From NCBI GenBank assembly GCA_050013255.1, contig JBEKFP010000003.1:192001-256000 (forward strand): a stretch of DNA of 64,000 bases, written 5' to 3'. Within the stretch, counting starts at the first letter, position 1; each line of letters begins with the position of its first letter. The notes under the pieces were generated by a model. The model made no database searches. It worked only from the letters and a program-made list of their open reading frames with translations, and had not been told where the DNA came from. Below, one piece after another: positions 40,395-49,135 of the stretch. The position numbers and the translations under genes were made by a program. The DNA is from Candidatus Bathyarchaeia archaeon. Lineage in GTDB: Archaea; Thermoproteota; Bathyarchaeia; 40CM-2-53-6.

Positions 40395-41159
40395 TTGAAA
40401 GAAGTTTTCCTAAGCCACGCGCACGAAGACAAGGCACTAGCCGGAAAAGTAAAAGAGATTCTCGAAGCGAACGGGGTAAGTGCGTTCTTGGCTCATATGG
40501 ACATGGAAGTCTCGGAAGAGTGGAGAACTGAAATATCCCGACACCTTGAGACAAGTTCAGCCCTAATCGCTATCGTGACGTCGAATTTCGGCAAATCAGC
40601 CTGGGCAAACCAAGAAGTTGGAATAGCCTTCGAGAAGAAATTACCGCTAATTCCGTTGATGTTCGACGGAAGCGCGGTTCTGAAGGGTGTGATCGAAATG
40701 TATCAGGGAATCCTTGTTTCCGAAAATAATCTAGTAGATGTGGTAAAGAGCACTATTCCGACAATAAACAAGGGAATCCCTTCAACCGAGAGAAAATTCT
40801 ACGATGCCCTAGCAGGCATCCTAAATCGTTTGATACTAAGGTGGCAGACTTACAAGAGCCACCTATCAAACATAAAATGGACTCAAGAAGCTATTGAAGA
40901 GATTAAGAAGAATCTTCGCAGCGATAGAGAGGAACTTCTCAATTTGGTCTCCAATGCGCCAGAAATCGATTTCGGCGTCAAAAATCAGACCACAGTTATC
41001 ATGAGTCAAATTGACGTATTCGCACTCTTCAAAATCAATTTCAACAAGCCCTATGCTGAGACTTACGGCGAATTCCAAGAATTAGAGCATAAAGGAGAAC
41101 AGGTATCTTACACTGCTCAAGCCTTACGCGGTTGGTTGCAAACCGAGAAACTCTCCTAG
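40395..41159 (+). CDS. TIR domain protein
   Basis: VFLSHAHED, S.WANQEVG.A (catalytic Glu), LIPL. Confidence 0.85.
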   Translation: MKEVFLSHAHEDKALAGKVKEILEANGVSAFLAHMDMEVSEEWRTEISRHLETSSALIAIVTSNFGKSAWANQEVGIAFEKKLPLIPLMFDGSAVLKGVIEMYQGILVSENNLVDVVKSTIPTINKGIPSTERKFYDALAGILNRLILRWQTYKSHLSNIKWTQEAIEEIKKNLRSDREELLNLVSNAPEIDFGVKNQTTVIMSQIDVFALFKINFNKPYAETYGEFQELEHKGEQVSYTAQALRGWLQTEKLS

Positions 41160-41361
41160 CTAGAATGACTCTGAAGTCGTTTCTCACTTTCGACACGCGC
41201 GATTCTTGTCTCAGTGGAGGCGTGGTATAGCTGATGCGCCAACAACCTTTCAGGATTTACTCGAACGTGAAAGAGAAAATGAGTAATCCGCCCCTTGGGC
41301 AGCTGTGATTGAATCGTATACTATACATAAGCCTAGGCTAGTCTAACGTTTAGCAGAAATG

Positions 41362-41868
41362 TCATAATGCAACCTTCTTCTTCGGCTTACTATGCGGTTT
41401 GTATGGCGGTGGGGCTCCAGCATTTCGGCGAGCTTTTCGCATGTTCCACTGTCTGAATCTTCTCTTTCGGGCCTGAATGATCTTGTTCCTAAACTCGTTA
41501 CTGTACCAACGTAACAACAGATCAGAGGGCGGCGCTTCTTCACCGTAAGGCTTTGCGCTTAGTTCATGGGCGGCGGCTATTTTCGCATAAATTTCTTCAT
41601 CAAGAGGAAAATATGCGTAGTGCACTCCACCATGATACATGATTTTCAACTGCCGACTAGAGAGGTTGTACGTTAAATCGAAATGCGGGGTTTGCGACAG
41701 TCTACTGAGCGTAACGCAATCTCTATTTTTCTTTCTTCTCTTGTCCAACCCTAGTGTTTCGACTTCTCCCGCAATCTTGAAAATTGGTTTACCTGTTTCG
41801 TTGTCTAATTCAATTTTCACTTGCTGTTTGCGTGAACCTTTGAGGCCGGTAGCCCTGATGTAACCCAT
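41362..41868 (-). CDS. Hypothetical protein
   Basis: 168-aa ORF, basic C-terminus. Confidence 0.5.
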   Translation of the reverse strand: MGYIRATGLKGSRKQQVKIELDNETGKPIFKIAGEVETLGLDKRRKKNRDCVTLSRLSQTPHFDLTYNLSSRQLKIMYHGGVHYAYFPLDEEIYAKIAAAHELSAKPYGEEAPPSDLLLRWYSNEFRNKIIQARKRRFRQWNMRKARRNAGAPPPYKPHSKPKKKVAL

Positions 41869-42349
41869 GGACTACGCTCTCTTGCACTTCTTGAGTCTGA
41901 ACTCGAAAGTGTACTTCGACGGGTTCCTGTCGATTTTCTTGGCTATGATCTCGGGAACTAGAGTACGGAATTCAATGAGACGGCTTTCACGGCATGTCAG
42001 CGTTGACGTCTCCGCTTGCTGAAGAAGAAGAACAGCCGTGTTACAACTGAAGAAGAAGAAGAATTATGGCGAAATGAAGAAGAAACTTCTGTATTCAACT
42101 CTAATCGCCTTTTCCTCTTATTTGCGGAGCTCTTTACCTGAAAGAAGCTCGAAATAACCTTAGTTTTGAACTGTATAAAAAGTCTACTGTCCCGCAGTCA
42201 GACGACAATACAACACTCGGTGATCGCAAACCTGAGGAAGCAGACCGAGAATAGTCTTGACCCAGCTCCCTCAGGGGAAATGGCGATTCCAGGTCTATTA
42301 TTGTCTGCGAGTGGTAAATAAATCTACTTATTTTTGAGTAATAGGTTCG

Positions 42350-42730
42350 GTGCCACCCCTTCTTGAGCACGTATTAAGGGGAGCGATTTACCCAAAAATG
42401 AGTAATTCTAAAATACCTGCGAGCGGGATACGATGGCTGAGTATCCCTATGACCGTTCCCCAGGTCGTTCCATCAGACCTACTCTCAAGGAAGGAGCGCG
42501 AAGCACCCACAGACACTAAGCAGAGGATAAGCTTCAGGGAACTTGCGGAGCGTCGGATCATCACTAAAGGCCTCAACGGAGCGGCCGCCTGGTTGAGGGC
42601 TAAGGTAGGAGTTTTCCCAATCGATATCGAGATGCAGCAGTGTGGCGATGTCTACGAAATGGTTGTAAAAGTAACATATCGCCCTTTACCACCAATGCCT
42701 GAGGTCGTGTATGAACGTCAGGAATCATAA
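42350..42730 (+). CDS. Hypothetical protein
   Basis: 126-aa ORF; start uncertain. Confidence 0.4.
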   Translation: MPPLLEHVLRGAIYPKMSNSKIPASGIRWLSIPMTVPQVVPSDLLSRKEREAPTDTKQRISFRELAERRIITKGLNGAAAWLRAKVGVFPIDIEMQQCGDVYEMVVKVTYRPLPPMPEVVYERQES

Positions 42731-42913
42731 CAACAGAACGAAGAACGACTCGGCGCCATAGTTATGTGAATCCGATGATATCAAATCGAGGCTCAATTCT
42801 AACCAACGCTGGCAACAAGTCGATGAGTTCTCTCTCACTGTTCCAAAACGATTCGGCCCAACTCTCATTAGTTCCCCATCTACAATTCTAAAGAGGCCTT
42901 ACAGGCGGTTCCC

Positions 42914-43399
42914 ATGTCAGTGAACGTCACGGAATCGAGTCTTGATCTCAACACACTCTTGAGCAAACTCGGGTATCAACCCGACCAAATAGGTTCGTTA
43001 TTGGGTGCTGACGTCCTGATGTTCCCGAAAGACTTGGAATCTGCCGAGTCATCGTTTGATGACAAATCAGTATCCATTAAGAAGACCATTGAGAAGCAGC
43101 TTCGAATTGAGGTGCTGACCAAGCAGGGCGCTAAGTCTCATTACGAAGCTCAAAGAGCCGCAGACATCCTTGTCCCTGCATTAGTCTTCTTAGGGGTGCA
43201 AACTTTTGATATCGGTAAGGGAATAATCACCAGCTGGGTTTATGATAGGTATCTCCAGCTACGCAACCGAGGTCTGACACCAAGTGTAGCATTGAAGTTC
43301 GTTGTGATTGATAAGAAGAAAGGGATTAGGAAGGAAGTAAGCTACGAAGGACCGGCCGAGCAATTGCAAGACACTTTGAAGAATCTCAAACTGGATTGA
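42914..43399 (+). CDS. Hypothetical protein
   Basis: 161 aa, 4-nt overlap with next ORF. Confidence 0.6.
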   Translation: MSVNVTESSLDLNTLLSKLGYQPDQIGSLLGADVLMFPKDLESAESSFDDKSVSIKKTIEKQLRIEVLTKQGAKSHYEAQRAADILVPALVFLGVQTFDIGKGIITSWVYDRYLQLRNRGLTPSVALKFVVIDKKKGIRKEVSYEGPAEQLQDTLKNLKLD

Positions 43400-44193
43400 A
43401 GTTGCCTAGACTCTCGTCTCTAAGACCCGTTCGACCGCGAACCATCACCGTGCTTTCACCGGAGCAGAGGGAAATTCTTGAGAAAGGATTGTCTAACGAG
43501 GAAAATGGACACCTTGGTAAAGCTGCTAGTCTGTTCCAGTCCCTTTATGAACAGATGCAGAGTGCCAACTCTGAAGTCTCGCAAGACTCAGCGTGTATGA
43601 AAGCGAACGCTGACTTAGTATTAGCCAGACTGGAAATCACCCGCAATCGAGACGAAGCGGAGAAACTGTTCAGAAGCACGATATCGGCTCTAGAAGTTGC
43701 GCTAAAGATCGATCCGTACTGGGCGGATTATTTCAATTTACGAGGGAAAATCGTGGCCTACCTGCATACTGATTTCGGCTGCAAGATAGTTCGTAATAGA
43801 GGAGTTTGGGAAATCAAATGTATCGATGTATCTAACGCACTACGAATCCCAGGGATAAGTAGAAGCGAGACTTTTGATCTTGAGTGCTCAATCTGTAAGA
43901 AGGACCCAATGTTTTGTCCGCATGTTTCGGGGGAAGTCTACGATGGCCGCCTAGCTCTAGGCATAGTAAGACATTTGGAAATCAAAGAACTTTCAATAAT
44001 TACGCCGCCACATGTTCCCGAAGAGCGTACAATCGGAATATGGCCTCGACCCTTAACCGACGGCGATATCAGGAAGCTCTATTCGGAGAAGACTGCAAGG
44101 CAGATAATAGATTCAGGAGTGATTCGTTGCAAGGATCTCGTTAGAATAATTCGTAAGAACAATCTGGGCGGTGTGGAATGGGTGCAACATTGA
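43396..44193 (+). CDS. Hypothetical protein: helical/TPR-like N-terminus + CSIC...CPH zinc motif
   Basis: ECSICKKDPMFCPHVSGEVYDG. Confidence 0.6.
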   Translation: MKLPRLSSLRPVRPRTITVLSPEQREILEKGLSNEENGHLGKAASLFQSLYEQMQSANSEVSQDSACMKANADLVLARLEITRNRDEAEKLFRSTISALEVALKIDPYWADYFNLRGKIVAYLHTDFGCKIVRNRGVWEIKCIDVSNALRIPGISRSETFDLECSICKKDPMFCPHVSGEVYDGRLALGIVRHLEIKELSIITPPHVPEERTIGIWPRPLTDGDIRKLYSEKTARQIIDSGVIRCKDLVRIIRKNNLGGVEWVQH

Positions 44194-44293
44194 CGAGCAA
44201 ACAACAACTCAAGGATTGCAGAGTTAGGCATCTACCGGAAGAAAGCCCACGCTCTTGGCACTGTCTAAATGCAATCCTCTCGCAATGTACCAA

Positions 44294-44878
44294 TCAGCTT
44301 CTTCTGAGTTTCTTATCATATGTGAAATGTTTCTGAATCAGCGCTCTTGTCAGAAACTCTATGTCCTCATCTTGAGGCAGGAAATCTGATGTTGCTTCGA
44401 CTATCTTCCCTATGTTTCCCCTTTTGTAAAGGGCCATTCCCAGAGACATGTGACGGCCAAAGATTCTCGCCAAGAGTTCTTTCTTCCCCCAGAGTAACTG
44501 TCTAAATTCCTCTATCTTTCGGTCGTCTGGGATATTTTGATGAAACCCTAGAATCAGGTTCGTCCGTTGAACTCCATTCTTCAGATAAAGAAGGGCCTCG
44601 CCAATTCCTTTGTAGAACGCATCCCAGCCCAATGACTTACTTCGTTCATCAAACTTGATCAATTTCATTTCATAGCCGTTCAGTCGGTATTGGTTCTGTG
44701 AAATCTTGTAGAATTCCAGGGCGTCAATGTCTGGATTAATCCTCCTTCCTGCTATGGCCGAGACCTTGGGGTACGCTCCATATGGCAAGACAGACTTTAG
44801 CAATTCGTCTTCGGAAACAAATCGATCATACGTCATGGCGTGTGTCATTCGAGAGGCCTTGTGATTGGGCTGGTCCAT
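44294..44878 (-). CDS. PD-(D/E)XK nuclease-like protein
   Basis: PDID...GYEMK...GIGEALLY. Confidence 0.65.
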   Translation of the reverse strand: MDQPNHKASRMTHAMTYDRFVSEDELLKSVLPYGAYPKVSAIAGRRINPDIDALEFYKISQNQYRLNGYEMKLIKFDERSKSLGWDAFYKGIGEALLYLKNGVQRTNLILGFHQNIPDDRKIEEFRQLLWGKKELLARIFGRHMSLGMALYKRGNIGKIVEATSDFLPQDEDIEFLTRALIQKHFTYDKKLRRS

Positions 44879-45121
44879 AGGTTTAGTCTACCTGACCAGC
44901 GGATTATTCTTTCTGATTTTGATGTTCTGGTAGTGTTATGTCCGAGCTTAACTACTCACGCGGATGGTTCATCATGTGGTCCTTCATGTTTTATGATTCA
45001 TAAGAAATCAGGTTCTTATCCTACTCCTGCCGTTCCTACTCCTACCGTACCGAACAGGTTCCTGCCGTCATTCCTACCCTTCGTGTTGTCACAATCCTAA
45101 TATTAGCGGCGGCGGGGGCGG

Positions 45122-45135
45122 CGCACCAACGATAC
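45122..45135 (-). repeat. Junction K (inverted 14-mer GTATCGTTGGTGCG)
   Basis: + strand GCGGCGGCGGGGGCGG|CGCACCAACGATAC|CACACACAC. Confidence 0.85.
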
Positions 45136-45160
45136 CACACACACTTTTCAAACGAACGCA

Positions 45161-45192
45161 GTCCGATGGTCCGGCGACCGCATCAGTGATAC
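45161..45192 (-). repeat. Junction K2: degenerate tRNA-Gly 3'-end mimic + 14-mer
   Basis: + strand GTCCGATGGT-CCGGCGACCGCATCA (13/15 to tRNA CCGGCGGCCGCACCA), then GTGATAC|TACAGAC. Confidence 0.55.
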
Positions 45193-45211
45193 TACAGACT
45201 AAGCGCGACTT

Positions 45212-46675
45212 CTATGTTGCTAGGCCACACTGCTTCCTGAGTTTCTCCATTAGTTCTCGGTATCGAGGGTCGGCCCTTGCCTTCGCGCAGAGAGGTGAGT
45301 ACATCACGAACAGGGAAATTATCGCATGCTCTTCAAGGGCCTTGTTCACGTACTGGAAGTATGAGTCGAGGTCTCCGAGCGCGTGGTAGACAAACCCCAT
45401 GTAGTTGAAGCCTATTGGACCCACCTTGGCATTCTCAATCTTCTTGATTGCGAGGAGTGCCGTATCTCTGTCGCCTTCCATGGCCGCGACGACCCCTCCC
45501 ATCCAAGCGACCCTAGAATTGGTGGGATCGAGCTTCTCAAACTTCGCAAGGAGCTCCTTAGCCTTCTCAAGTTCCCCTTTGGCTAGGTAGTACTCCGTCA
45601 TTCCCCTGTAGGTCCACGCAGGGGCAATCTGCTCGTACTTCTTCCAGTGCTCCAACGCCTCCTGCTCCCTCCCCGTATAGAGATACGCTAGCCCCACAAG
45701 CCAGGTGAACCGCGGCCTCACGGGGTCTAGGCGGTATGCTGTCTCGATCTGCCTAACCATCTCCCCCTGGTTTCCCTTGATTCCCTCCACCTCAAACAGT
45801 ATCCAGTAGGCGTCTGGGAGACTCGGGTTAAGCTCCAAAGCCTTCCTCGCCTCCGCCTCCGAACCTAAGACATCGTCCTCATCGAAGAGCAAAACAGAAA
45901 GCACCGCGTGGGCCTCCGCAAGGTTCGAGTCGAGATTAAGGGCACGTTCCAATAATTGCCTCGCAGTCGAATGAGAGACATCAAACGGTTCCTTTCCGAC
46001 GTTGGAAAGATAACTGTGGCACTCTGCCGCGCCGACGTATGCCCTCGCGAACTTGGGATCCAGTTCGATGGCTTTCTCAAAGAGGCTGATAGCCCGCTCT
46101 GTTGTATCTATGCTTACTTCCCGTAGTAGTTCTCTGCCTTGCAAGAAGTACGTGTACGCCTCAGTGTTCTCGGTAGGCTTCTTCTGTAGGGTTCGCTTCT
46201 CAGAGTCGAGTAGCTGGGTCTTGAGCTCTCCCGCCACCTTCTCAGCTATCTCACTCTGAACGGCGAAGATATCGTCTAAGTTCTTGTCATAGTGGGAGGA
46301 CCACACGTGTTCTTCCGTTCCCGCGTTGATTAGCTGAACCGTGACCCTGACCCGGTTACCTGCCTTCCTTACACTGCCTTCGACCACCGACCCGACGCTG
46401 AGTTCCTTTGCGATTTCGGAGACATTCTTCTCCTTCTTCTTGTAATTCATCACTGACGTCCGAGCTATGACCTTCAAACTCTTCACCTGAGAAAGCCTGT
46501 CAATCAACTCCTCCGTCATGCCGTCCGCGAAGTACTCGTCGTTAGGGTCGGGGCTCATGTTCTTCATGGGCAAAACGGCAATCCGGAGCTTGTCTAGCGT
46601 CTGCTGTGCCGTGGAGAACGCGGGGGGAATGAAGCTCTTCGACCGGGCGAGGTCGGCTGGCTGCAAATGATTCAC
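45212..46675 (-). CDS. TolB-N-like + TPR repeat protein (type seen with class III cyclases; no cyclase domain)
   Basis: IAVLP..NMS.DP..EYFADGMTEELI, EGSVRKAGNRVRVTVQLI, multiple A.ELDP TPRs. Confidence 0.85.
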   Translation of the reverse strand: MNHLQPADLARSKSFIPPAFSTAQQTLDKLRIAVLPMKNMSPDPNDEYFADGMTEELIDRLSQVKSLKVIARTSVMNYKKKEKNVSEIAKELSVGSVVEGSVRKAGNRVRVTVQLINAGTEEHVWSSHYDKNLDDIFAVQSEIAEKVAGELKTQLLDSEKRTLQKKPTENTEAYTYFLQGRELLREVSIDTTERAISLFEKAIELDPKFARAYVGAAECHSYLSNVGKEPFDVSHSTARQLLERALNLDSNLAEAHAVLSVLLFDEDDVLGSEAEARKALELNPSLPDAYWILFEVEGIKGNQGEMVRQIETAYRLDPVRPRFTWLVGLAYLYTGREQEALEHWKKYEQIAPAWTYRGMTEYYLAKGELEKAKELLAKFEKLDPTNSRVAWMGGVVAAMEGDRDTALLAIKKIENAKVGPIGFNYMGFVYHALGDLDSYFQYVNKALEEHAIISLFVMYSPLCAKARADPRYRELMEKLRKQCGLAT

Positions 46676-47043
46676 GATTACCTGACTGCGTATCTAGCTA
46701 AGCTTGCCGAGCCGGTTGTTATAGAGCCTTTCCTCAACTCGCACGCGAGAGACTAGGTGGTTCAGCAGTCACTTCACATTCGTATTGTGACGAATCATCG
46801 TTCCGTATTCTCTCGTTCTTTAGGTCTTGTTTCTTGTAGGAAATCGTATGGTATTATTGGTCAGCATGTTTGTATTGGCATTGTCGTACGTGACGTCCAA
46901 GCGTCATGTTTTATGATTCATAGAACATCAGGCTACCGCCACTAAGAGAATGTTGTGCGAGCGAAGCGAGCACCAAGCTAACCAAGTAAGCGAGCGAAGT
47001 GATCTTCAACAGGTTCCAACTTCGGGCGGCGGCGGCGGGGGCG

Positions 47044-47075
47044 GGTATGCTGGTGCGGGCGAGCGGATTTGAACT
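47044..47075 (+). repeat. Junction L: GGTATGCTGGTGCG (putative TSD, copy 3 of 3) + T-loop mimic
   Basis: GGCGGCGGCGGGGGCG|GGTATGCTGGTGCG|GGCGAGCGGA-TTTGAACT. Confidence 0.85.
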
Positions 47076-47086
47076 CTCGTTTGGGG

Positions 47087-47113
47087 GAGAGCTTGGTGCG
47101 GCCGCCGGGATTC
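47087..47113 (+). repeat. Junction M: 27-bp copy of tRNA-Gly 3' end plus flank (att-like)
   Basis: GAGAGCTTGGTGCGGCCGCCGGGATTC vs GAGAGTTTGGTGCGGCCGCCGGGATTC at 49300-49326 (26/27). Confidence 0.9.
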
Positions 47114-47124
47114 AGGTCAGCCTT

Positions 47125-48066
47125 TCAGGGCTCGGGATAGGTGTATGACGGGTAGATCCTTAGCGGTGTTCCAGGTTTTATGACGGCTTGGGCTTCAGCG
47201 TTTAGCAGGTAGCGCCCAGCAGGATCAGCGCTGCCCGCCTCCGCAAAAAGCTTGACAACGAAAGGTTTCGATTCGGCCCGCCGGTAGAAAATCTGAGCCT
47301 CATTCGGGCGTGTTCTAACGTACCTCCTCCAAAGCTGCTCGATGGGCTCAGTTCGCGCAAATGACCTGTCCATGAATTCGAAGAACCTTGCTAACTCCGA
47401 TCTTCGGGGAAACCGACCGTAATGCTGCGAAAGTTCCTCATATGCTCCAAGGAAGTATTCCTGTAATGAGGCAAACCGCCGGTCCCTTAGGTACCCTTTG
47501 AAGAGCTCGATAAACTCTTGGAGCAGTCGATTTATGCGTTTATCGACTTGCCCGTGATTCGGTTGCGCTACGGGTAACTTGTCGGGCACGATTTCCCTTA
47601 CCAAACCAAGTTTTCCGTTACCGGAAATTGCTAGGCCAGCTTTGCTTACCGTTCCATGAATCTCGCGTATCGCCTCGACCATGAGATGGTTCTCATACAT
47701 CTCGATTTCGAGAGCATGATCCTGCCTGAAGATTTCCGCCATTCTTTCCCACACAACCTCGTAACGTTTTCTCCGCATATCCAAACCAATTCCGGGGCGA
47801 TCTCTCAACAGCCCCGCCTTTCGGAGGTCCGAAAGTTGCAGACTCACGGCGAACTTCGATTTACCCGTAAACGCTGATATTTCAGAAGGCGAGTTCGTAC
47901 CCTTTGCCACTGCGACGAAGAGCTCACTCAGAGCTTGAGAACGAAGCGCCTTCCGGACGCGTCTAATCTCGCCGCGCAACGGGTCGCCGGAATCAACTTT
48001 AACCTCCATTGCAACGCGCCTTCCCCACAGCTGCCGTGCAAGAACCGTTGGTTTTGTTTTTGGCAT
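47125..48066 (-). CDS. ArsR-like winged-HTH protein
   Basis: SPSEIS..TGKSKFAVS.QL..L.KAGL. Confidence 0.7.
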   Translation of the reverse strand: MPKTKPTVLARQLWGRRVAMEVKVDSGDPLRGEIRRVRKALRSQALSELFVAVAKGTNSPSEISAFTGKSKFAVSLQLSDLRKAGLLRDRPGIGLDMRRKRYEVVWERMAEIFRQDHALEIEMYENHLMVEAIREIHGTVSKAGLAISGNGKLGLVREIVPDKLPVAQPNHGQVDKRINRLLQEFIELFKGYLRDRRFASLQEYFLGAYEELSQHYGRFPRRSELARFFEFMDRSFARTEPIEQLWRRYVRTRPNEAQIFYRRAESKPFVVKLFAEAGSADPAGRYLLNAEAQAVIKPGTPLRIYPSYTYPEP

Positions 48067-48132
48067 GTGGGAAATTAACTAGCAAACGGTATAAGTAGTT
48101 AATTGACCCCTTAACTATCTCGTGATGGAAAA

Positions 48133-48693
48133 ATGGCTAACGCAGACTCGATGAAGGGGACCATCACCAAGGTCTTCCAAGTAAACGCTCCCCCGGAACG
48201 CGTTTACAGAGCGTTTACGGACAAAAAGGATATGGTGGAGTGGATGTCGGATCATTTTGAAATTGATGCCAGGAAGGGAGGAAAGTTTCAGATGGGGAAG
48301 GAATCGGACGGCTTCGTTACAACGGGGGAGTTTCTTGAAGTCGTGCCAAACCAGCTACTCACTTATACCTGGAGAATGAATGGGTACGAAAAGAACACTG
48401 GGAAGCGTATCCCGAACTGGTCCGATGAAAACCCGTCGAAGGTTACGGTGAAGTTCGAAAAAGCGGGCAGGGGTACAAGGATCACAGTTACCCACGAAGG
48501 GTTCCCAGAACGAGATGAGGAATACTGGGCGCATGAGGTGGGATGGGAGATGCTGGGTGGTGAGGTTTTGAAGTACTACCTAGAGCACTCTCAGGAGGAA
48601 TTTGAAAGATGGTGGAAAGAAAACGAAGCGTCGTGGCAGGAACGCTGGCAGAAAAAGGTAGATGCACGAGCCAAGTCATCCCCTATTGCATGA
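48133..48693 (+). CDS. SRPBCC (AHSA1-like) domain protein
   Basis: APPERVYRAFTD, G.FLEVVPN..L.YTW, T.ITVTHEG, GW. Confidence 0.88.
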   Translation: MANADSMKGTITKVFQVNAPPERVYRAFTDKKDMVEWMSDHFEIDARKGGKFQMGKESDGFVTTGEFLEVVPNQLLTYTWRMNGYEKNTGKRIPNWSDENPSKVTVKFEKAGRGTRITVTHEGFPERDEEYWAHEVGWEMLGGEVLKYYLEHSQEEFERWWKENEASWQERWQKKVDARAKSSPIA

Positions 48694-48715
48694 TGGCAAG
48701 AGGTGAGAAAAGAGA

Positions 48716-49135
48716 ATGGTGAAAGTAACTGATGAAGGACTATTTCCGGCACCACGCGAAAAAGTCTGGCGCCTTATTGAAGCCCACGGAACAGACCCAC
48801 AAGGCATACACCCCGCGATGAAATCCGCAAAGCCACTAAACAAAGAAGGCAGCATGGTGGAACAACAATGGGACATGAACGGACAGAATGTCAGAATGGT
48901 TTTGAAAGTAACTCCGGCCCCACCCGACAAGTTGACCCTGGAGTTTCTCGAAGGGCCCGTCACAGGCAAAATGGTAAACACCTACACCGAAGTGGCAGGT
49001 GGAACCAAAGTAGTCACGGAATGTGACATGAAATCACAAGTCATGGACGACAAACAAGTCGAAAGCACTGTTAGACAAATCCTCGACAACGGCTTCGCCG
49101 ACGACGTCCGCTACCTAAACACAAAAATGAAGTAG
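48716..49135 (+). CDS. SRPBCC family protein
   Basis: APREKVW, EGP..G, GGTKV. Confidence 0.75.
   Translation: MVKVTDEGLFPAPREKVWRLIEAHGTDPQGIHPAMKSAKPLNKEGSMVEQQWDMNGQNVRMVLKVTPAPPDKLTLEFLEGPVTGKMVNTYTEVAGGTKVVTECDMKSQVMDDKQVESTVRQILDNGFADDVRYLNTKMK

Larger units (their letters stand above)
36079..45121. mobile_element. Casposon-like element lacking polB (cas1, RHH, HNH, TIR, HEPN, PD-(D/E)XK)
   Basis: Perfect 16-bp TIR CCGCCCCCGCCGCCGC (36079-36094 / 45106-45121), inverted subterminal CGGTAGGA/TCCTACCG repeats, solo cas1; no ORF over 404 aa. Confidence 0.8.
29454..47113. mobile_element. Cas1-associated gene-cassette array downstream of tRNA-Gly
   Basis: 14-bp N7-TGGTGCG junctions at 29463, 29522, 30295, 30357, 30447, 31668(rev), 32897(rev), 34066, 35230, 36065, 45122(rev), 45179(rev, degenerate), 47044 and 47087, most abutted by GTGTG/CACAC-type or GC-type inverted ends; all lie between genes. 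Confidence 0.8.

Noticed and set aside
41873-42130. Small minus-strand ORF and GAA-rich tract inside the cas1 element
   Set aside because: No clear start codon or motif, and low complexity; cannot be supported.
29454-47113. Classical integron (attC) or Xer/dif-module array
   Set aside because: No tyrosine recombinase in the window, no GTTRRRY/RYYYAAC attC cores, and the centre between inverted arms is 14 bp rather than 6-8 bp. A trans-acting recombinase cannot be fully excluded.
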